A DNA stretch of 62,231 nt, the filler included, from Rhabdomonas costata (Eukaryota): the NCBI GenBank assembly GCA_019059605.1. It is 31 parts of 31 records of this genome, joined end to end, with 100 filler letters (N's around TTAATTAATTAA, not from the genome) between each part and the next. Parts side by side here need not be neighbours in the genome. Positions count along the whole stretch, not along the records: positions 60,322 to 62,231 come from JAHMHO010007488.1; 30 more parts are not named here. The stretch is one strand, 5' to 3'. Position 1 is the first letter of the stretch; the number at the start of each line of letters is the position of its first letter. Positions 60,322 through 62,231 of this stretch are shown here, one piece after another. A model generated the notes under the pieces. That model saw only the letters and a program-made list of their open reading frames with translations, searched no databases and was not told the origin of the DNA. The position numbers and the translations under genes were made by a program.

Positions 60322-61988
60322 TGTTGTGGTGAAGCTCGGTCAGCCCAGGGGGCAGGGAAGTCAAGTCCACCAGGCCGTAGAAGCGATTATGGCTGAGGTC
60401 CAAGTAAGTAAGAGTTGCCGGCAGGGAGGTCAAATCCACCGTGGCCTCGAAGTTGTTTTGTCTCAGCGAGAGTAAGGAGAGGTTCGGCGGTAGGGTGGAG
60501 AGGTTCAGGAACAGTGTTCTCGACGTGAAGCTGTTCATGGCGAGGTTGAGCTCGAGGAGAGACCTGGGAAGCCTGGCGGCATCAAAACCAGAAAAACCAG
60601 AGTACAGCTGGCAGTTTGCGAACCGGGCCACCTCAATCCCCGACGGGAGCGCAGAGATTTCGAAGAAGGACTGCAGGGCCGGGTTGCCGCTCAGATCCAG
60701 GAAGGTCAGGGTTAGTTCCGAGGAGCCGCCCCCAAAGTACCACAAAAACATGTTCGAGGAGAGATCCAGGTATCCCAGGGAGAGGGGAAGGGTGTTGAGA
60801 AGAAGATTGCCCTCAAAGGCGTTGTGGCTAAGGTCCAGCCGCTGCAGACCCTCGGGCATTCCCGAGAGATCCACTGTCCCAGAGAAGAAGTTCGTCGCCA
60901 GGCTAAGCGAGACCAAGAAAACGGGGAGGGTGCTGAAGTTCAGGGCCCCGTATAGCTTGCACTCGCTCAGGTCCAGGAGTTGCAGGAATGGGGGAAGCGT
61001 GGAAAGATCCACAGAGCCTTGAAGCCGCGGGTTTCCTCCTAATGAGAAGCTTCGGAGAGTCCTGGGGAGGTCTAAGAAGCTCACAAGGTTGATTTTGGAG
61101 TAGAAGTCGTTCCCGCTCAGGTCAAGCGCACGGAGTGGAAGAGTCGTCAGCGCTGCTATGGCGAGGTCAAACCTCCCGACACAGCCCATATGGAAAAGGT
61201 TCAGGCCTGTGACCCTGGCGCTCGAGGAACAGGTGACCCCAATCCACGCTCCTGTGCCGTCACAGGGCTCTGAACCAGGCAATAACCAGGAGGACAAGTC
61301 GCATTGCTGCACTTGCTGATAGAATTCCAGGAGGGCGTCCCGAGATGGACCTGAGAAAGAGAACACCGGATACAAAGACACGACACACTGACTCATTATG
61401 AAATCAATTATGTAGTGCAAAAGAATGGATGGTGAAACGAGTAGCCGGTGTCCACCCTCTTGGTGGCACTTCATTTTTTCAGAACTTGTGCCGCTGGTAT
61501 ACAGTCAGGTGAGGGTCAGCGTCCAAAGTCCGTCAGAACACCGAATGCAATGACGCACGAAACAGCAAGAAGTAGTGAGAGGAACGAGGGCGTTTCCTGC
61601 GCTTCTTTCCCTAACGCAGCGGAGGGCTAATCGTAGGTGCTTTCCCATATGTTTTCCCTTAAGCAACGGACTCCACACCCCACACCAGCGCACGACGTCT
61701 GCACTCTGGGGTCAGTAACGTTCTGGGAGTAAACCAGCACTGTCCACGGGACGGCGGTGATGAGGTCTGGTGTCATCACATCTTGGACGTTGAAGGCGAG
61801 GAAGTGGAGGGAGCCAAGCTCTACGCCAACCGTCCACCCCAGAGCTGGGGTGTGGTACAGGTACAGGTTCAGGTACGGAACGGTTTTTGGGTAGAACGGA
61901 CGGCCTTCATACATGCCCCCAACACGGTAAATACCGTTGATCTGGGTCATAGTCGCCCCGACACGGCCGCTCAGGGTGATGTTGCACA
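60322..61988 (-). CDS. GP46/PSA-2-like extracellular LRR protein (exon 61988-61686, small beta domain; exon from 61350, LRRNT cap plus LRRs, 3' truncated)
   Basis: RDALLEFY...W....EPC....WIGVTC cap followed by many G.vDLt.LP..L..LdLS.N.F repeats; phase-1 GT-AG junction in frame. Confidence 0.9.
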
Positions 61989-62231
61989 CTGAAAGGAAAT
62001 TGGCGCCAGCCCAATAAACCTCAGGGGGGCTGAGCAGGGCAAGCGGGGGGACTCCCGCTTCGCCATAACTGCTTCACACTCAAGCCTCAAAGAATCTCAA
62101 GAAGTACCAATTGCTTCAGAGCAACTCGAAACAGAATCAATTTTCGCAAGCCATTTCGAAAATTATCGATCTTTTTCATGGGCACCAGCCCAATAACATG
62201 CACATCCAGATGGTTGTACGCACCACACAAA

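Noticed and set aside
1-62231. Gene neighbourhood read as an operon or defence island (PARP, nuclease, methyltransferase, LRRs)
   Set aside because: The genes lie on separate, similar-sized contigs concatenated artificially, so no linkage can be inferred.

Overview
This is not one locus. The window is 31 unrelated contigs of about 1.9 kb joined by 30 artificial 100-nt spacers (N44-TTAATTAATTAA-N44), so contig adjacency carries no biological meaning. The DNA is nuclear DNA of an intron-rich microbial eukaryote, most plausibly a euglenozoan/euglenid. That is inferred from GT-AG introns, AG acceptors just upstream of start codons, a GP46-like LRR protein and TTAGGG(G) repeats. G/T-only contig ends and fold-back hairpins indicate whole-genome amplification. 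Recognisable spliced gene fragments: acetolactate synthase-like, CASD1/RWA O-acetyltransferase, RIIa-domain protein, FAMeT domain, tandem-WWE PARP plus a PARP C-terminus, response-regulator receiver, nucleotide-cyclase tail, WD40, two LRR proteins, RRM, FEN1/XPG nuclease, ABCB transporter, an intron-containing RlmJ, SF3B6 and TFIP11. A decayed Ty3/gypsy pol abuts a LINE fragment. The most unusual signal is in two unlinked, strongly G/T-skewed contigs (16102-18012 and 28174-30069). Both carry dense clusters of hairpins that fold well only as single-stranded DNA on the minus strand (C-GNA-G triloops with tandem G.A steps), suggesting an unclassified element with an ssDNA phase.
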